Below, one piece after another: positions 1 through 12,797 of a DNA stretch of 64,000 nucleotides. The notes beneath the pieces were generated by a model that searched no databases, was not told the DNA's origin, and saw nothing but the letters and a program-made list of their open reading frames with translations. Every line of letters begins with the position of its first letter. Position 1 is the stretch's first letter. This DNA comes from Podarcis tiliguerta (Eukaryota). Location: the NCBI GenBank assembly GCA_965153285.1, contig OZ229115.1; one strand, 5' to 3'. The position numbers and the translations under genes were made by a program.

Positions 1-540
1 TGCAGTGTTCCTGCTCTCTGCTTGTGGTACATTATGGTTTGTGCTGCAAAGACTGATCGTGAGGATGCATGGCCCTTCTGTGGGTGTGGGTGTCTTATGC
101 CCTATGTCACACCATAATGGGGGAGGTTGTGACCAGGTGAGTTGCAAACAAGCTCAGTCTACTGTCCAAGTGCTGACTATTGCAGGGCAATTTCAAGGTC
201 CCTGCTCACACTTCCTTCTTACGGTTCCTTAAAACTTGGGCCAGAAATGCCCTCAAATTTCTTCAGTCTTCCAATAGCCTTTCAGACAGAGGGCTGATCT
301 CTGTAAAGTAGGACATATGACCACTCTGGAGTGTGTGAGGTGTCCTTAGTAAGTGGGAAGTTTTCTTCAGGCCACCCACTGCCCAGCATTGTCAGGTAGC
401 CTACCAAAGGGCTTTCCAAGCTACTGTTTGACAGTTATTCTGCCAGTTTTGAGAAGCTATTCCTCCTGGGTATTGCATTTCCAACCCTTTACCCATCCAT
501 TAGCAACATCACGGATAATTCCCCATCTGTTATTCCACAG

Positions 541-763
541 CTGCAACCCATAACTGAAATACTGCCTAGAACCAACCTTGCCAATATTGAAGCCAAAAGG
601 CAAAACCTGAAGAGAGCTTTGGATGAATACTTAATCGAGTTCAGTGCCTGCCGCTGTGGGCCGTGCCAGAACAACGGTGAACCGGTGCTGATGGGGTCCT
701 CCTGTGTTTGCGAGTGCCAGCAGGGTTCAGAAGGCCCAGCGTGTGAGAACACAAGACAGAGGG
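541..763 (+). CDS. C8A: Complement C8 alpha chain, penultimate coding exon (end of MACPF + EGF-like domain)
   Basis: ttccacag|CTG...AGG G|gtaag, 223 nt. Translates [74 protein letters not shown], matching C8 alpha (EAKRQNLRRALD..CRCGPC.NNG). Confidence 0.97.
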
Positions 764-1249
764 GTAAGGTGAAACCATTGGAGGGAAAGGTCTGCTGAAT
801 ACATCATTCTGACTCTGGCTAATTGATACCTCCCGAGATCTATCCATCAATCAACACCTCCTTTCAATGCCTTTGATCATCTTGCATGCCAGGCAACCTA
901 AGGGGCCTTATACAGGAATAAAATTAACAGCTCAAGTGATTATTATAAGTAAGCCAGGTTAAGCAAAGAAGGTTTTAGAGGTAACAAATGTTCCAGTGTC
1001 ATAAATCATACCAGAGGCGGCAGGACCTGAGCCAAAGTATGGCACCAACTGAATATTAATGTTAAAGTCTTGCAGCCTCATCCCTGGGGCAGATGTGGGT
1101 GTGCCTAAGCTGATTTATTTCAGCAGGTTTTGGAGCACCTAAGTCTGCATAGGGTCAGGCCAGTCCTCTTGGCAAGTCTTGCTCAAGGTGCCTTTGCAAG
1201 GTTCCATTTCTTGTCTTTAAGTTTCTACTCATAATGTATTGTGTCACAG

Positions 1250-1401
1250 GTCGTCCAACGGATGGTGGTTGGAGCTGCTGGACACCATGGACTCCCTGCC
1301 AAGCTGGATCTAGAAGGCGGACAAGACAGTGTATCAACCCAGTTCCTCAAAATGGTGGCGCCATGTGCGCAGGGAAGAGTGTAGAAATACAGGGATGCTA
1401 A
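1250..1401 (+). CDS. C8A: Complement C8 alpha chain, last coding exon (C-terminal TSP1 domain)
   Basis: gtcacag|GT; phase joins the previous exon. GRPTDGGWSCWTPWTPCQAGSRRRTRQCINPVPQNGGAMCAGKSVEIQGC* with TAA at 1399-1401; WxxWxxW C-mannosylation pattern. Confidence 0.97.
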
Positions 1402-1504
1402 CATCTTGTCATGAGTGGGTTGCCAAACAAGAAAATGATGGTATGAGTGCTGAGTCAAATGCATTGGGCCATTCATATCTGTGATAAAGGTGACCAGCAG
1501 AATG

Positions 1505-1510
1505 AATAAA
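1505..1510 (+). terminator. Candidate C8A polyadenylation signal AATAAA
   Basis: First AATAAA ~100 nt after the C8A stop. The downstream context is G-rich rather than GU/U-rich, so uncertain. Confidence 0.4.
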
Positions 1511-2534
1511 GGGGGGGGGATTGGGGAGGGGGCTCATTGCTTAGGGGCTAACAACTATGGCAGCTATTCTAGTTGTCATGTATAAGGCTGCAATGAAAAG
1601 GAATATAGTTTTTTTCCCCCTAAAACAAAATATGAAAGGAAAGGGACTGCAGTGAGTATTACTGGCCTGCAATATCACAGATTGACAATTACAACAGGGC
1701 TGTCCAGAAGCTCACCCTCCATGTGCATATTCAGTGTGCAGAGCAGCACTGAGTGTAGATGAGCTGCCTCAGGGTTATGGTTGTGCAATTTCCTCCACCA
1801 TGAGACCTGCTTGCAACTAAATCACTTCCACATTTCAATGATGTGGCAAGTGTGGAGTCAGTTGGAAACTGTGCATGGAGGAACAAGGTGTTACACAACC
1901 ACTTCACTACAAGGCCAAGTGGATACAACCAGAGTTTCTTGTGTCTGTAAATCTCATGGCTGATTCATATAACCACTTTTTATGCCCCCCCCCTTGCTGC
2001 TATGACTGGGCCATTTCAGCAGTCTAATGAAGCCCTGTTTTCTTGTTTAGCCTCCACAAAAGGCCATTTTGTGTTAGTTCTGCAATAGTGTGCTAAATCA
2101 GGAGCTCATGCACATAGTTTAACACCGCCATTTTCCTTCCATAGTAACAAAAATGTTACCCTGGATAGGAGAAAATGGTCCTAGGTATGGTCATGTGATG
2201 ATTGGGTCCTCACAGTCTTCAAAGACTGTCTATTGAAAGCCTGAGTCCTGTTAGGACATTTTGATGTGGCATTTCCTTCTCAGACCTTGGTGGGGTGAGA
2301 ATCATAATCACTGAGCAGACCATATGCATTGCCTCTTCCATTCACCACCATCAAGTGAACAAATTTCTGAAACAAAGCAATCCTCATCCTTACATGATAC
2401 TTAGATTGTGCAACGAATATTGCACCCTTATATATTGTGCTTCTTCTAAGTACAATTGATTCCACTTGAATAGCCCTTCCAGACAATTAGTCCCCTAGGT
2501 CTTCAATCCCAAAGGAAGCCTTAGCGTCCTTTTT

Positions 2535-2537
<3 letters not shown>

Positions 2538-2605
<68 letters not shown>
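2538..2605. repeat. Compound (TC)n(CA)n microsatellite
   Basis: Directly visible. Confidence 0.95.
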
Positions 2606-2606
<1 letters not shown>

Positions 2607-5600
2607 ACTTTTGTAGCCCATGGAATCACACAACCCAAGCATTTGCCCCAAAATTCAGTGCAACTCTTTTGGCAGTCATATCAAAACACATTCTGTAAAT
2701 TCTTCCGATATGGTTCTGAAATGTTGGCAGCGGATATGCACTTTTAAAGAAAGTGGATCAATCTGAATTGTTACAAAGTAAAGATAATTTTTTTAAAAAA
2801 CACCAGACACCACTTACGTCAGAACTACATAACATATAGTGCAGCACATGCTTACAAGTGGGCAGAGGGAAAATGCTCCACAGGTACCCTCCATCCTATA
2901 CATGCATCACAGAGAGCTATGCAGAAAGGAAAGAAGGGCTCATACACACCATTCATCTAATTCTTTCAATTGATACATTTGCTAATGGCATTAACTGTTT
3001 ATTTGCTTGAAAAATGCCACATTCCTGATTCACATAGAATGGACTGGATATCAAAACAGGGGTGAATAGTGGACAAGAAAACCTGAATAATGCTTTACTT
3101 TTGTTCTAAGCAGATACACTGCCAACTTCAAAGATTCTAAAATCCAGGCTGCTATAATTTTTAATATAACGTGATGATGAATAAAAGAATCATAGCCACA
3201 TGCAGCCTGTCCACAGACGACATTGCTGCACAAATGAGGCTATTTTCCCTTTAAGACTGGCCATGAATCATCTATTAGAACACCAGCATTTTATCTCCAA
3301 AGGTTCCAGAGCTGGAGATGTTAACAGTCCAGTTGATTTAGGAGCCCTTTTGGAAAACAAGACATAAATCTCAGTACAGGAATATGCACAGGATTGAACT
3401 GATTCCAAAGACTGTAGCTGGGAGTCCACAGCAATATGCTTTGAATGAATGACTGGAAAAAACAATAAAAACAGGCACAAACAAACCAATGCACACAGTG
3501 AATACCAACCATGCTGCATTTGATTGTGCTGTGCATTTTGCAAAGGGATCAAAGAACCATGATGGTGGACTGGCTGTCAATAATAGAGGAGGAGAAAACC
3601 AAGCAACATCATGCTTAAAACCAGGTTTCCAGATAGCCCCTCTCCATTTGCTTCTCCACCCAAAAGAGTTGATTGTGTCTCTCAGTCAGCTTAGCTGGAA
3701 GGACTAGAGGGCATGGACTGGTGAACACAACAGCTGCCATAGGCTAGAAGAGCCATGAGAACAATCCTTGTGACCAATGGAAGAGTGCAAAAACTGGGAA
3801 AAGAAACCTATATCCTCTGACTCTGATGTGCTAGATGCAGGTGTGTGGCTGTCAGGAGGCGCTGGGTTTGAACTGGGAGTCTTTGGAATTGTGAACAGTG
3901 CTCCATGTGGTGAGCCATGAAACTACACATTACAGCTGCTGTAGGCAGTTTAGGGCCTAGACTGACTCCATCTGACTACATGAAAGGAGCGGTCCTGAAT
4001 CAGACCATAGGCCCTTTCATCCTATGCTCACAGTGACCCACCAAATGCCTCTGTGAAGCCTGCAAAGTAAGAGAAGAAGAGCTTGACACACTGTCCCCAC
4101 TAAGGCTAGATATTGGCTCCTCTTGAAAAGGAAGGGATTTGAGGTCTTTCTGGCATGTTTCTGTATCCTGTGGTTGTTATTTGGCCCTGACTTTTGACTC
4201 AAGTTGGGATAACTTAGAGGGACTAACTGAGCAAAAGGACAAAATGAGCACATTCTTCACACAGAGCTGCACTCAGAATGGTTATCTCACACCGGAAGAG
4301 TATAGAGTGGTGGGACGGAGATCCTATCCTGACACTGGGGCTGCTGCTGCTTATTTGGTCAGGGTTGGGGCAGTGGCAATTTTGGCATGTGGAGGTACAC
4401 CCATGGGAGTACCAGCACCTTCCATGTTTGATGAAGCAAAGTGGAGAGGATAAAGAGAGAACGCTGAGATAGAGCCACTACTTAACAAAACGCCTTTTAA
4501 TAATAGCCGTGGTCTTGAGATGCATGTTTTCCAACAGTATATCGATGAGCATTTAGAATTTATCGTAGCTTCACTAACTTGACTGCTTTACACCCTGGAG
4601 GATTAGACCAATGCTTCATGTGACCTTTCTAGATAGGAAAAAAGTCTTCTTCTTTTTTAACGTTGTGTGTGGAATTTTTTTTAGCTCTTGTCAAAACGAA
4701 AGCAATTTTCTTTTGTTCGAAGGGCTACGCCATGCTGTTCTAAACACCAAGATTTGATTTTTCTGTAGAAAGAGAGAAACCAGCTGTATAACGCTTTCAA
4801 ATTGATAATAATTCATGGTTTTGTACAGATGGTGCTGTATTTTGCCATTTTTATAAAGGGGGAAAGAATCTCTATTTTTCACAGAGATCTGAAACCACAT
4901 ATATTAGCTCCAGTAATCCTTTAAGGTTCTGATCTCACACCAGGCTCCAAACAGTGGTTCCCAGCTTTTCTTATACTTCCATTACATTTGAGACCCAGTG
5001 TAGCTACCTGCTGTATTGTAATGTCCAGAATGCACAGAGAAGGGAGATGTCCACAAGCTACACATGATGCTGATACCTGGGAAATATAGTCTCGTCCCTT
5101 GTTTGGGCCTGGTGGCTTCATCACGCTTCTTTGAGGTCCGTAAACAATTAAATGAGCGAAACTCAGACACCAAACGAAATTGTACCCAGCCTCTGTATGT
5201 TCTTCAAGCTTGTAGTCATAGAAGCATTTCAGCTTTTGGGGGGAAAAAAACCTTCTCATCACATCCCCCACCCCAAAATCTGGAGGACTTTATAATTTGT
5301 TCCAAAGGACTGTGGTTTCATTTTACTTCCACAACAGCCCGTTAAGTAGGCTAGGCTGAGAGAAAATGATTTGCTTAGGACCTCTTGATAGTTTGTGGCT
5401 GAATCATTCCCACACTTCCAAGGCCAACACTTCGGGTACTACTGCACCAATCTGGCAAGTGTCATGTTTAAAAATAAGCAGGCAAGCAGGCTTGTTGTTG
5501 TTTTTGTTTTTGTTGGTATTGGTATCCATCTGTCTCGAGAGACAATGGAATGTGCCTTCAGGAATGCAGTAAAATTGCTGGAGAATCACAGCACCTGCTG

Positions 5601-7771
5601 TAGCTGCAGAGACTGCTAACTACTGCCTCCCATGTTGTTTATGCTGCATTAGAAGCAGCAAAGTGACCTCTCCAGAGTGCAAGCCTGGACAGTGTGTTTG
5701 GAAGTCCTGGGCTGCCCAGATGAGAAGAATCCCCTGTATGTATGTGTATGTACAGCATGTGTATACAGGACTCCCCTGTGTATATATCAACATTTGGAAC
5801 TGTATTACCGAAGCTTAATATTCTATAGCAGCAAACTATTTAGGACTTTAAGGTGCAGCTATGCACATATCCCCAACAGGTAGTATGTAACCATCATGGC
5901 TGTCAACCAGCTTTCACACTTTCTGAACTTCTGATGCAGTTCTCAGCACACAAAAAAGCCAAAATGCATTCAGAAAGGTATATTCAAAGCAAATGTATCT
6001 GGAGAAATGTGTATTTTGAGAGAAATTGTGGAAATGCATATTTTGAGAGAAAAATCTGTTTAACTGTGGATGAAAATCTATTTAAAGATACATATTTTAG
6101 TAGATATGAAATGCACATTTTTGTCTATGTGTATATATATATTTAAATGCTAATTAACAGAGAAACAGGACAGTAAGTACATATGCAAAAGTGACATAGA
6201 CTGAAAACAGACTGATTCACCAGGCACCCACCCTTCCAGTATACAAATTGGATGGTATTTAAAAGGACACTAGAAGTAAAAGAGACTTAAAGGAAATAAT
6301 TAGCAGTAATTGAAAATGGAGAAGGTGTATGCTGGCAACATGTTCTGCAAGACAACCAGAGATCACTCTGGGTGGAATGTTTAATTCAGTCTGTAGAATT
6401 CAGCCCCTATTTCCTATCTCCTTCCTGAAGAGTTTAATATATCTGAGCCATGGCAAAAAGACAAGGAAATGTAAAGGAAGGCTATACACCGCGAGCCACC
6501 TAACAAATGGCAGCAAAATGCCCCTTTTGAGGCTCTCTTCAAATGTCAAAGAGAAATCTCCTCAAGCCCAAGGCATCCCCCCTGCCACACACACACATTT
6601 TATCCGAGGCTCACAAATCCTTAACAATGAAAAACAGGAGTTTTGTGCAATGAAGCTGAAGTGCGGAGAGAGAGAGAGGGAGAGAAAGAGAGAGAAAGGA
6701 GAACCTGCCTGCCAGGCCTGTAAAAGATTATGAGCAATTACACATTTACAGTGCTAGTCAAAGAAACTAATATAAGCTGTGCTGAAGGGCCCAGCATGTG
6801 AGCCATACCAGATGAGATAAGGCGCAGCCATTTTCTGGCCTAAATTAAAAGCTCATAATAGGAGATTTTCTTTAAAAAATAATAATACTACAGTTGCCAT
6901 CCACTTGTAGCGAAGGAATTCTATCCCCATATACATACTGACACACATTCGAGGCCGCTGTTATCCTACATATTTTGCATTCCCATATTTCTGGGAAACC
7001 TTATTTCTCTGTGTCCGACTCATGTGATGGTGGCACTTGGGTTAAAAGGTATGGGACACAGATGTGGATGTGAACAAACAGGCTTATTAACAAAAAGAAG
7101 AAGCAGTGTCTAGTAAATGACTGGAGGCTGAGCACCTTAGGTTTTCAAGGTGCATTGTCAAGATAGCTAGATAAGAGAACTGCTGAAAATGGTAGAGGCA
7201 GAGAAAGAGGTCTTCTGTCTGCATGACAGTGTTCTCCCTCTACCTGACTTTCCAGTTCTTTGAAATCAGCCCTCACCACTCTCAAGATGTGGCTCCCACA
7301 CTCATCATCCCTGACCAAACTGGCTGGGTCTCAGGTTCAGATTTAGGGTGTTGCAGGCAGTTCCCACGCATAGGGAACCAAGCTGAGGGGGTGCAAAATC
7401 GAGAAGATCTATAACAGAGAAGATCCATTGGGGGGTGCCAACTTTTGGGCTTACTTCAGAAGCCGTATTTACCAATGATTACCAAAGTCTGCCCCTGCTG
7501 GGTCTCATAGGAATTGTAGTCTAACCGCATACGAAGAGCATCAGGTTCTGGAAAGCTTCCGTAGAGGTTAGGATTTACTTTTTACCGCAAGCAAAACAAA
7601 ACAAAAATGAGAAGAATCTTCACTGGAAAAATTGGCTGCTGATCTCCAGAGGTTTGCCTTGCACATGAGAAAAATACTTGGGCATAATAATGTCTTCAGA
7701 GATTACCTTCTTAACAGACATTCTGTGAAGAAGTACTACATACCCACATATTCGTATGCTAAGCATAATTT

Positions 7772-8125
7772 GGGACGCGGGTGGCGCTGTGGGTAAAAGC
7801 CTCAGCACCTAGGGCTTGCCGATCGAAAGGTCGGCGGTTCAAATCCCCGTGGCGGGGTGCGCTCCCGTCGTTCGGTCCCAGCGCCTGCCAACCTAGCAGT
7901 TCGAAAGCACTCCCGGGTGCAAGTAGATAAATAGGGACCGCTTACTAGCGGGAAGGTAAACGGCGTTTCCGTGTGCGGCTCTGGCTTGCCAGAGCAGCGA
8001 TGTCACGCTGGCCATGTGACCCGGAAGTGTCTCCGGACAGCGCTGGCCCCCGGCCTCTTGAGTGAGATGGGCGCACAACCCTAGAGTCTGTCAAGACTGG
8101 CCCGTACGGGCAGGGGTACCTTTAC
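7772..8125 (+). mobile_element. Full-length Sauria SINE
   Basis: GGGACGCGGGTGGCGCTGTGGG head with pol III B-box GGTTCAAATCC, body gccaacctagcagttcgaaagc..gtgcaagtagataaatagg, (ACCTTT)n tail. Perfect 13-bp TSD CTAAGCATAATTT at 7759-7771 and 8126-8138. Confidence 0.93.
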
Positions 8126-8524
8126 CTAAGCATAATTTAAATTTCCACAAAGCAGGCCAGAGGTTGTGGGGTTGTGAGTGAATGGAAAAGGAAGCAGTAC
8201 TGCTCAACACTACACATAGCTGAAGGAATTCCTTCAGGAGTAGGTGAGGTCACTTCCCAATGAATAGGTAGCTGCTGGTAACCACAAAGAAGAGGAGAGC
8301 TGAGGCAGGAAGAAGGTCAGGATGGTGCAAGTGCAGCAGCAGAGCCAATCCAACACTCCTGCCATTGCATTTGCACTGTGCTGACTTCCCCACTGCCTCA
8401 CTCCTCCTAGCTGCTGGCGGTGAGCTCCACATTGGGAAGCCAGGTAAGCAATGTCACCCTGCCAACCTCTACTGAGAGGAAATTGTGTGTTTATGCAAGA
8501 ACAGGTAACCTTTGGTGCTCCAGA

Positions 8525-8703
8525 TCATAGAACCATAGAACCATAGAACCATAGAACCATAGAATTTTAGAGTTGGAAGGGACCCTGAGGATCATCTAGT
8601 CCAACCCCCTGCAATGCAGGAATTTGCAGCTGTCCCATATGGGGATCGAACCTGCAACCTTGGCATTATCAGCACCACACTCTAACCAACTGAGCTATCC
8701 AGG
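8525..8703 (-). mobile_element. tRNA-derived SINE with CR1-type 3' tail (Squam2-like)
   Basis: Minus strand reads cctggatagctcagttggttagag..ggttcgatcccc (A/B boxes, tRNA-Ile-like), then gcagggggttggactagatg..cttccaactct and (TTCTATGG)n, similar to the CR1 3' end at 56.45 kb. Confidence 0.85.
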
Positions 8704-9194
8704 CATAGACAGATGTTGGACTGTATCTCGTGTAATGCCTGACCATGCCGGCTGGGTGTTATGGAAACTGGAGTCCAGCAGCATCTGGAGGGACGCATTT
8801 CCCCACGCTTGTGCATGTGCAAAGAGGCATTTCCAGCATTGGATTCAAGTGTGTGGTGTATATTTTGATTTCCACCCCCCCCCCCCGGGCCTGGTGAGTT
8901 ATCTAGAGCCCCCCCTGAAAAACCCTTGTCTGGTTTAATCCCCATCAAGAACAACTGCTGTCGGCATTCATATACTGCATGGTAGCCTGGATGGCTTGTT
9001 GTAATACTGAAAGCCTTTGCTCAGAGAATGTGCACTCTAATCCAGAGCAAATATACGTTGGTGACTCATTGTCAGAGTAATTGCAAAGGAGAGAAAATGA
9101 ATAAATTTGGAGTTTCACCCTTTTTAGAAGTACTTGCACTATACATTTATAAGTGCTTACTGCCCTGGGCTCCTTTGGGAAGAATGGCAGGATA

Positions 9195-9226
<32 letters not shown>

Positions 9227-11332
9227 ATAGTAAAATTAAATCTGTTTCCTGATTAATTGAGCCTCTGTTTAAAGAATTAATTGGCTGAATATCATGGTCT
9301 TAGGGAAAAAGCCCAAGAAAATATTTTGATTATTCCCAATCCCTTCATTTTCATAATGAGATGAACACCTCATTGATTATTATTTTTTTGCAAAGTCTCT
9401 GAGCCCCCCCCCCAGCTCCCCAATGCTGCCACGCTGTCATGAGTCCTGATTTATTTTAGCTCAGTGAGCCATTCAGCATTATGATGTGGTGTGTGTTTGA
9501 AACAGCAGATGCAATTGATAGATGCAGAGTGAGCTTCCAGCCTCTTGCCAGCTTTGCTTCATATTTATGCTCAGGAACGATGGTGAAATTTACATAAAAG
9601 AATTTACTCTTGTCCAGAAAGCAGCTCAGTCAACTTCCATTCTTTACTCACTCGAAAAATGACAAGCAGTTCTGAAACTGGGCCAAGGTGGTGGTAGAGC
9701 TCGTGTAAAAACACTCCAAATCGTAATTCAGCACTGGAAATTCCAGGGACATCATTTTTCTGCTTCTTTCTCTGTACACCACTCACATGAAAAGGGTCTA
9801 TTGTGATTCCTTGCCTCAGATATTACCATGGCTGGCACTTAATCAGTTTTCTTTGGCTGTGGGTGCACCTCAGAATTTGCTCTTTTAAGTTTTCAGATTT
9901 GGACTTCACCTTTTCACCCAATTGGGTTTCCAACAGCAATAAAATGCAAAGTACAAAACAGCAATCAAAGGGCATAAAAACCAGCATATTTACTGTGGCC
10001 ATAATGAGCCAGCTTATGAGGCCAAAGGCCTGCCAGCAGAAGGTCATTGGAGACAGGGGAGCTCAGTGGGCTTCCCAGAGCCTGGAAATAGCTATGGAAG
10101 AGCAGGAGCAGCTCACCAGTGGCAGAGCCATAGCAATAGCCTTCCAGCAACAGCCACTTGCTTACAAGGCAGGGCAAAGTAGTGGTGTGGTCAGGGCAGA
10201 GTGGATGGATCGGTGGAGACAACCTAGTGCTCCCACAGTGGGCCATGCAGCCATGGACTCCCCCTCTTAGTGAGTGGCACTGATACCTGCGAGATCACCT
10301 GTACCAACACTGCTTCTGCCCAACAATTAAAAGCACATAGCAGGTGGCCTAGTCCGTTTTGCATCACTCCTAATGCAACATGCTGACTCTCAGTGTACAG
10401 CATAATGGTTAATCTTTATTTGTGTGGATCAAGTGTTTTTGCCCATAAGCTTTATGAATTTTAATTTATTTCATTTCATTTTTACATTCCGTTCCAGGTT
10501 GCTTGCGAAGGTCTTTCTTATACAGGGTAATCTACAGGGGAAAATCATCCAATGAATAAGCATATCATTATAACACAGTTTTGAAATTATTGGGTGTCAC
10601 AGGGGTATTTGAGAGCACTTCACAATTCACTTTTCTCCCTTTAAGGCAATATCTAATTGGTTAAACAATTTACGTTCAATGCAATAAATGGGAAACTGAG
10701 TCTATCGCCACCACATTGGATTCAAGTTTCACATTTGACGAGGCTGCTGTGATTGAGATTTAAAGCTTTCATTTATCTCAGCAGGATGAAGCACCCTCCA
10801 GTGACTATTAGAAAAAAGTGTATTTTTAGGCATTCATGGGAAATAGTCGATTGAAGTTCAGCCAAATAAAGAAAAAGGTGTGAATTTCTTGATGTCAGAG
10901 TAACAGATGACTTTTTGTATATATGGAAAATGGAAAAAAACACAGTGGCAGATATTAAAAATATATATTTGCTGCATGTTCTGAATATGTATCTATTAAT
11001 TATATTTTCTATATGATTTATATTCTGGTTCAAAAGGTCATATGTATTCATTCAGAAGTGTACAGAAAAGTCCTGCACAAGGGGACCATCAACACTGCTC
11101 ATGCAATGTGATTCCCTCTATCCATTGAACTGAATAGGAAAACATATATCAATACTTTTGTCAGAGTCTCCATGCCTGAAGGAAGTTTCTATATTAGACC
11201 ACAGCCATTTAGAGTGTCTACCTAAAGAACAATAATAACAATGTAAAAAAACTGGAATTAATACTAGTGGAAAATAGAAAATGCTTTTAGGGCCCTTCTA
11301 TTGCTCTTCCAAGTAACTTCTCAAATATTTCA

Positions 11333-11478
11333 CTAAGCAGTTTCAGTGCTTGGGCCCATGCAGGGCTTGCCACCATTTTGCACTGCTGGGTTGTTACATT
11401 CCCGCCTTCGTGTCCGTTGTCCTCCAGAAGCTGCAGACCAGCTAGACCAACAGCTCCAGTTCCCATCTATAGCAACAT
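11333..11478 (-). CDS. C8B: Complement C8 beta chain exon 12 (C-terminal TSP1)
   Basis: ttccag|AT; DVAIDGNWSCWSSWSAASGGQRTRRRECNNPAVQNGGKPCMGPSTETA*. TAG at 11333-11335 is followed by TGA. Confidence 0.95.
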
Positions 11479-12728
11479 CTGGAATAATGAAAAATTAAAA
11501 TCAGGGTTACTGTAAAAGAATTACAGATTTGGTGCTGGCCCGGTGTCAATCTTCCTCTCTTCTGCTAGTTCTCCTTATTTAGGTTCTGCACTAGCAAACA
11601 TCTTGGATACGGTGAGAGTGACCATGCATCAAAGTGATAGATTTAGCTGTGAGCAAGATGGATTTGAAATTGATAACTGCACCTGAATCTAAAAGCCATT
11701 TCTTTATCACACACCATGCTACTGATTCATTTAAAAATCTGGAACGTTATTCAGGGTGTAGTAGCTTGAGAACTTACTTCATGAAGGTGCCTTCTCTAGA
11801 TCAATTCATAGCATGAACATGGAGGCTAAGAAATAACCTCATGATAACTTAACCCACCCAACATCTTAAAATGGCCACGTAAATATTTATAGTCAGGCAA
11901 GAGGTGTAGGTGGTTTACATGTGAGGTACAGATGTTTGCATTAGCAGGGGGAGCTCTGAAAGTGCAGAACTTCCAGTTTGCAGCAGATACATTTCTTCAA
12001 AGGTGTCTTTTCTCAAGAAGGAGGCTGCCCAGCCCTGAGCACTGGGGTGCCAAAGAGTTCTCGAAGGCACGGATCAAGCTGTCTGTCAACTGACTCAATC
12101 TACACTTCCAAAGATCTCTTTTCAGGTAGGAGCCTGACAACCATTGCAGAGGGATGCCTTTAACAGCACAGACTGGCAGTTAGCTGGCTAGATCTATACC
12201 TTGAACGGTCTCCTTCCTATGGTAGGAAGTCACCCTGAGCTGGGAGGGAGAAAGCAAGAGGGCCAGACTAGTAACAAGCAAAGGAACACACAGTTCTAGG
12301 CAATTTCAGGATTTGTACAGCACAGGAAAAGCAACCAGGTGGTTGCAGACTACAGATCCCACTATCCTTGACCATTGACCATCCTAACTGGGGCAGATGG
12401 GAGTTGTAATCCAAAACATCTGGAAGGCATCTGGGATAGTGCATGTCAATGCTTTCAGAAGAGAGATTAGAACTGACAGACGCACCCCCTCTCCACCCAC
12501 AAAATATACATATTATAGAATTATATTTTACTTTGGCAAACCTTCTTAGATGAGTAAGAAAAGGATAGGTAGCATCCAAATAGCTTTGGACAGTTTAAAT
12601 ATAAAGCTGTATGTAAATACTTCTAAATAAAAACAAATAAATACATCATTCTGTAGTCATTTTCTCCCAATAGTTTGTTCTTTTTCTTTTCTTTTTCTTT
12701 ATATAAAAATATCCTTTTAATCTCTTAC

Positions 12729-12797
12729 CTGGCCTTAGTGTGTTTTCACAGGCAAGACCCCGATGTCCCAAGGGGCATATACACTCGCAGTGAGTCC
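12729..12797 (-). CDS. C8B: C8 beta exon 11 (EGF-like)
   Basis: tttcag|GG..CCA G|gtaag, 69 nt; GTHCECICPLGHRGLACENTLRP. Confidence 0.95.

Noticed and set aside
1511-1532. G-quadruplex next to the C8A AATAAA
   Set aside because: Only three G-runs, and homopolymer G/C runs are common throughout this window.
4139-5345. ORFs of 93-116 aa between C8A and C8B
   Set aside because: No recognisable homology, domain pattern or exon structure.
8630-8703. Possible tRNA-Ile gene on the minus strand
   Set aside because: Stems are degenerate and it is fused to a CR1-type tail, so it is a SINE head rather than a tRNA.
11330-11340. C8B as a pseudogene with a premature stop
   Set aside because: The stop trims only ~3 residues, all 12 exons are intact and in phase, and the likely partner Cys is also lost.
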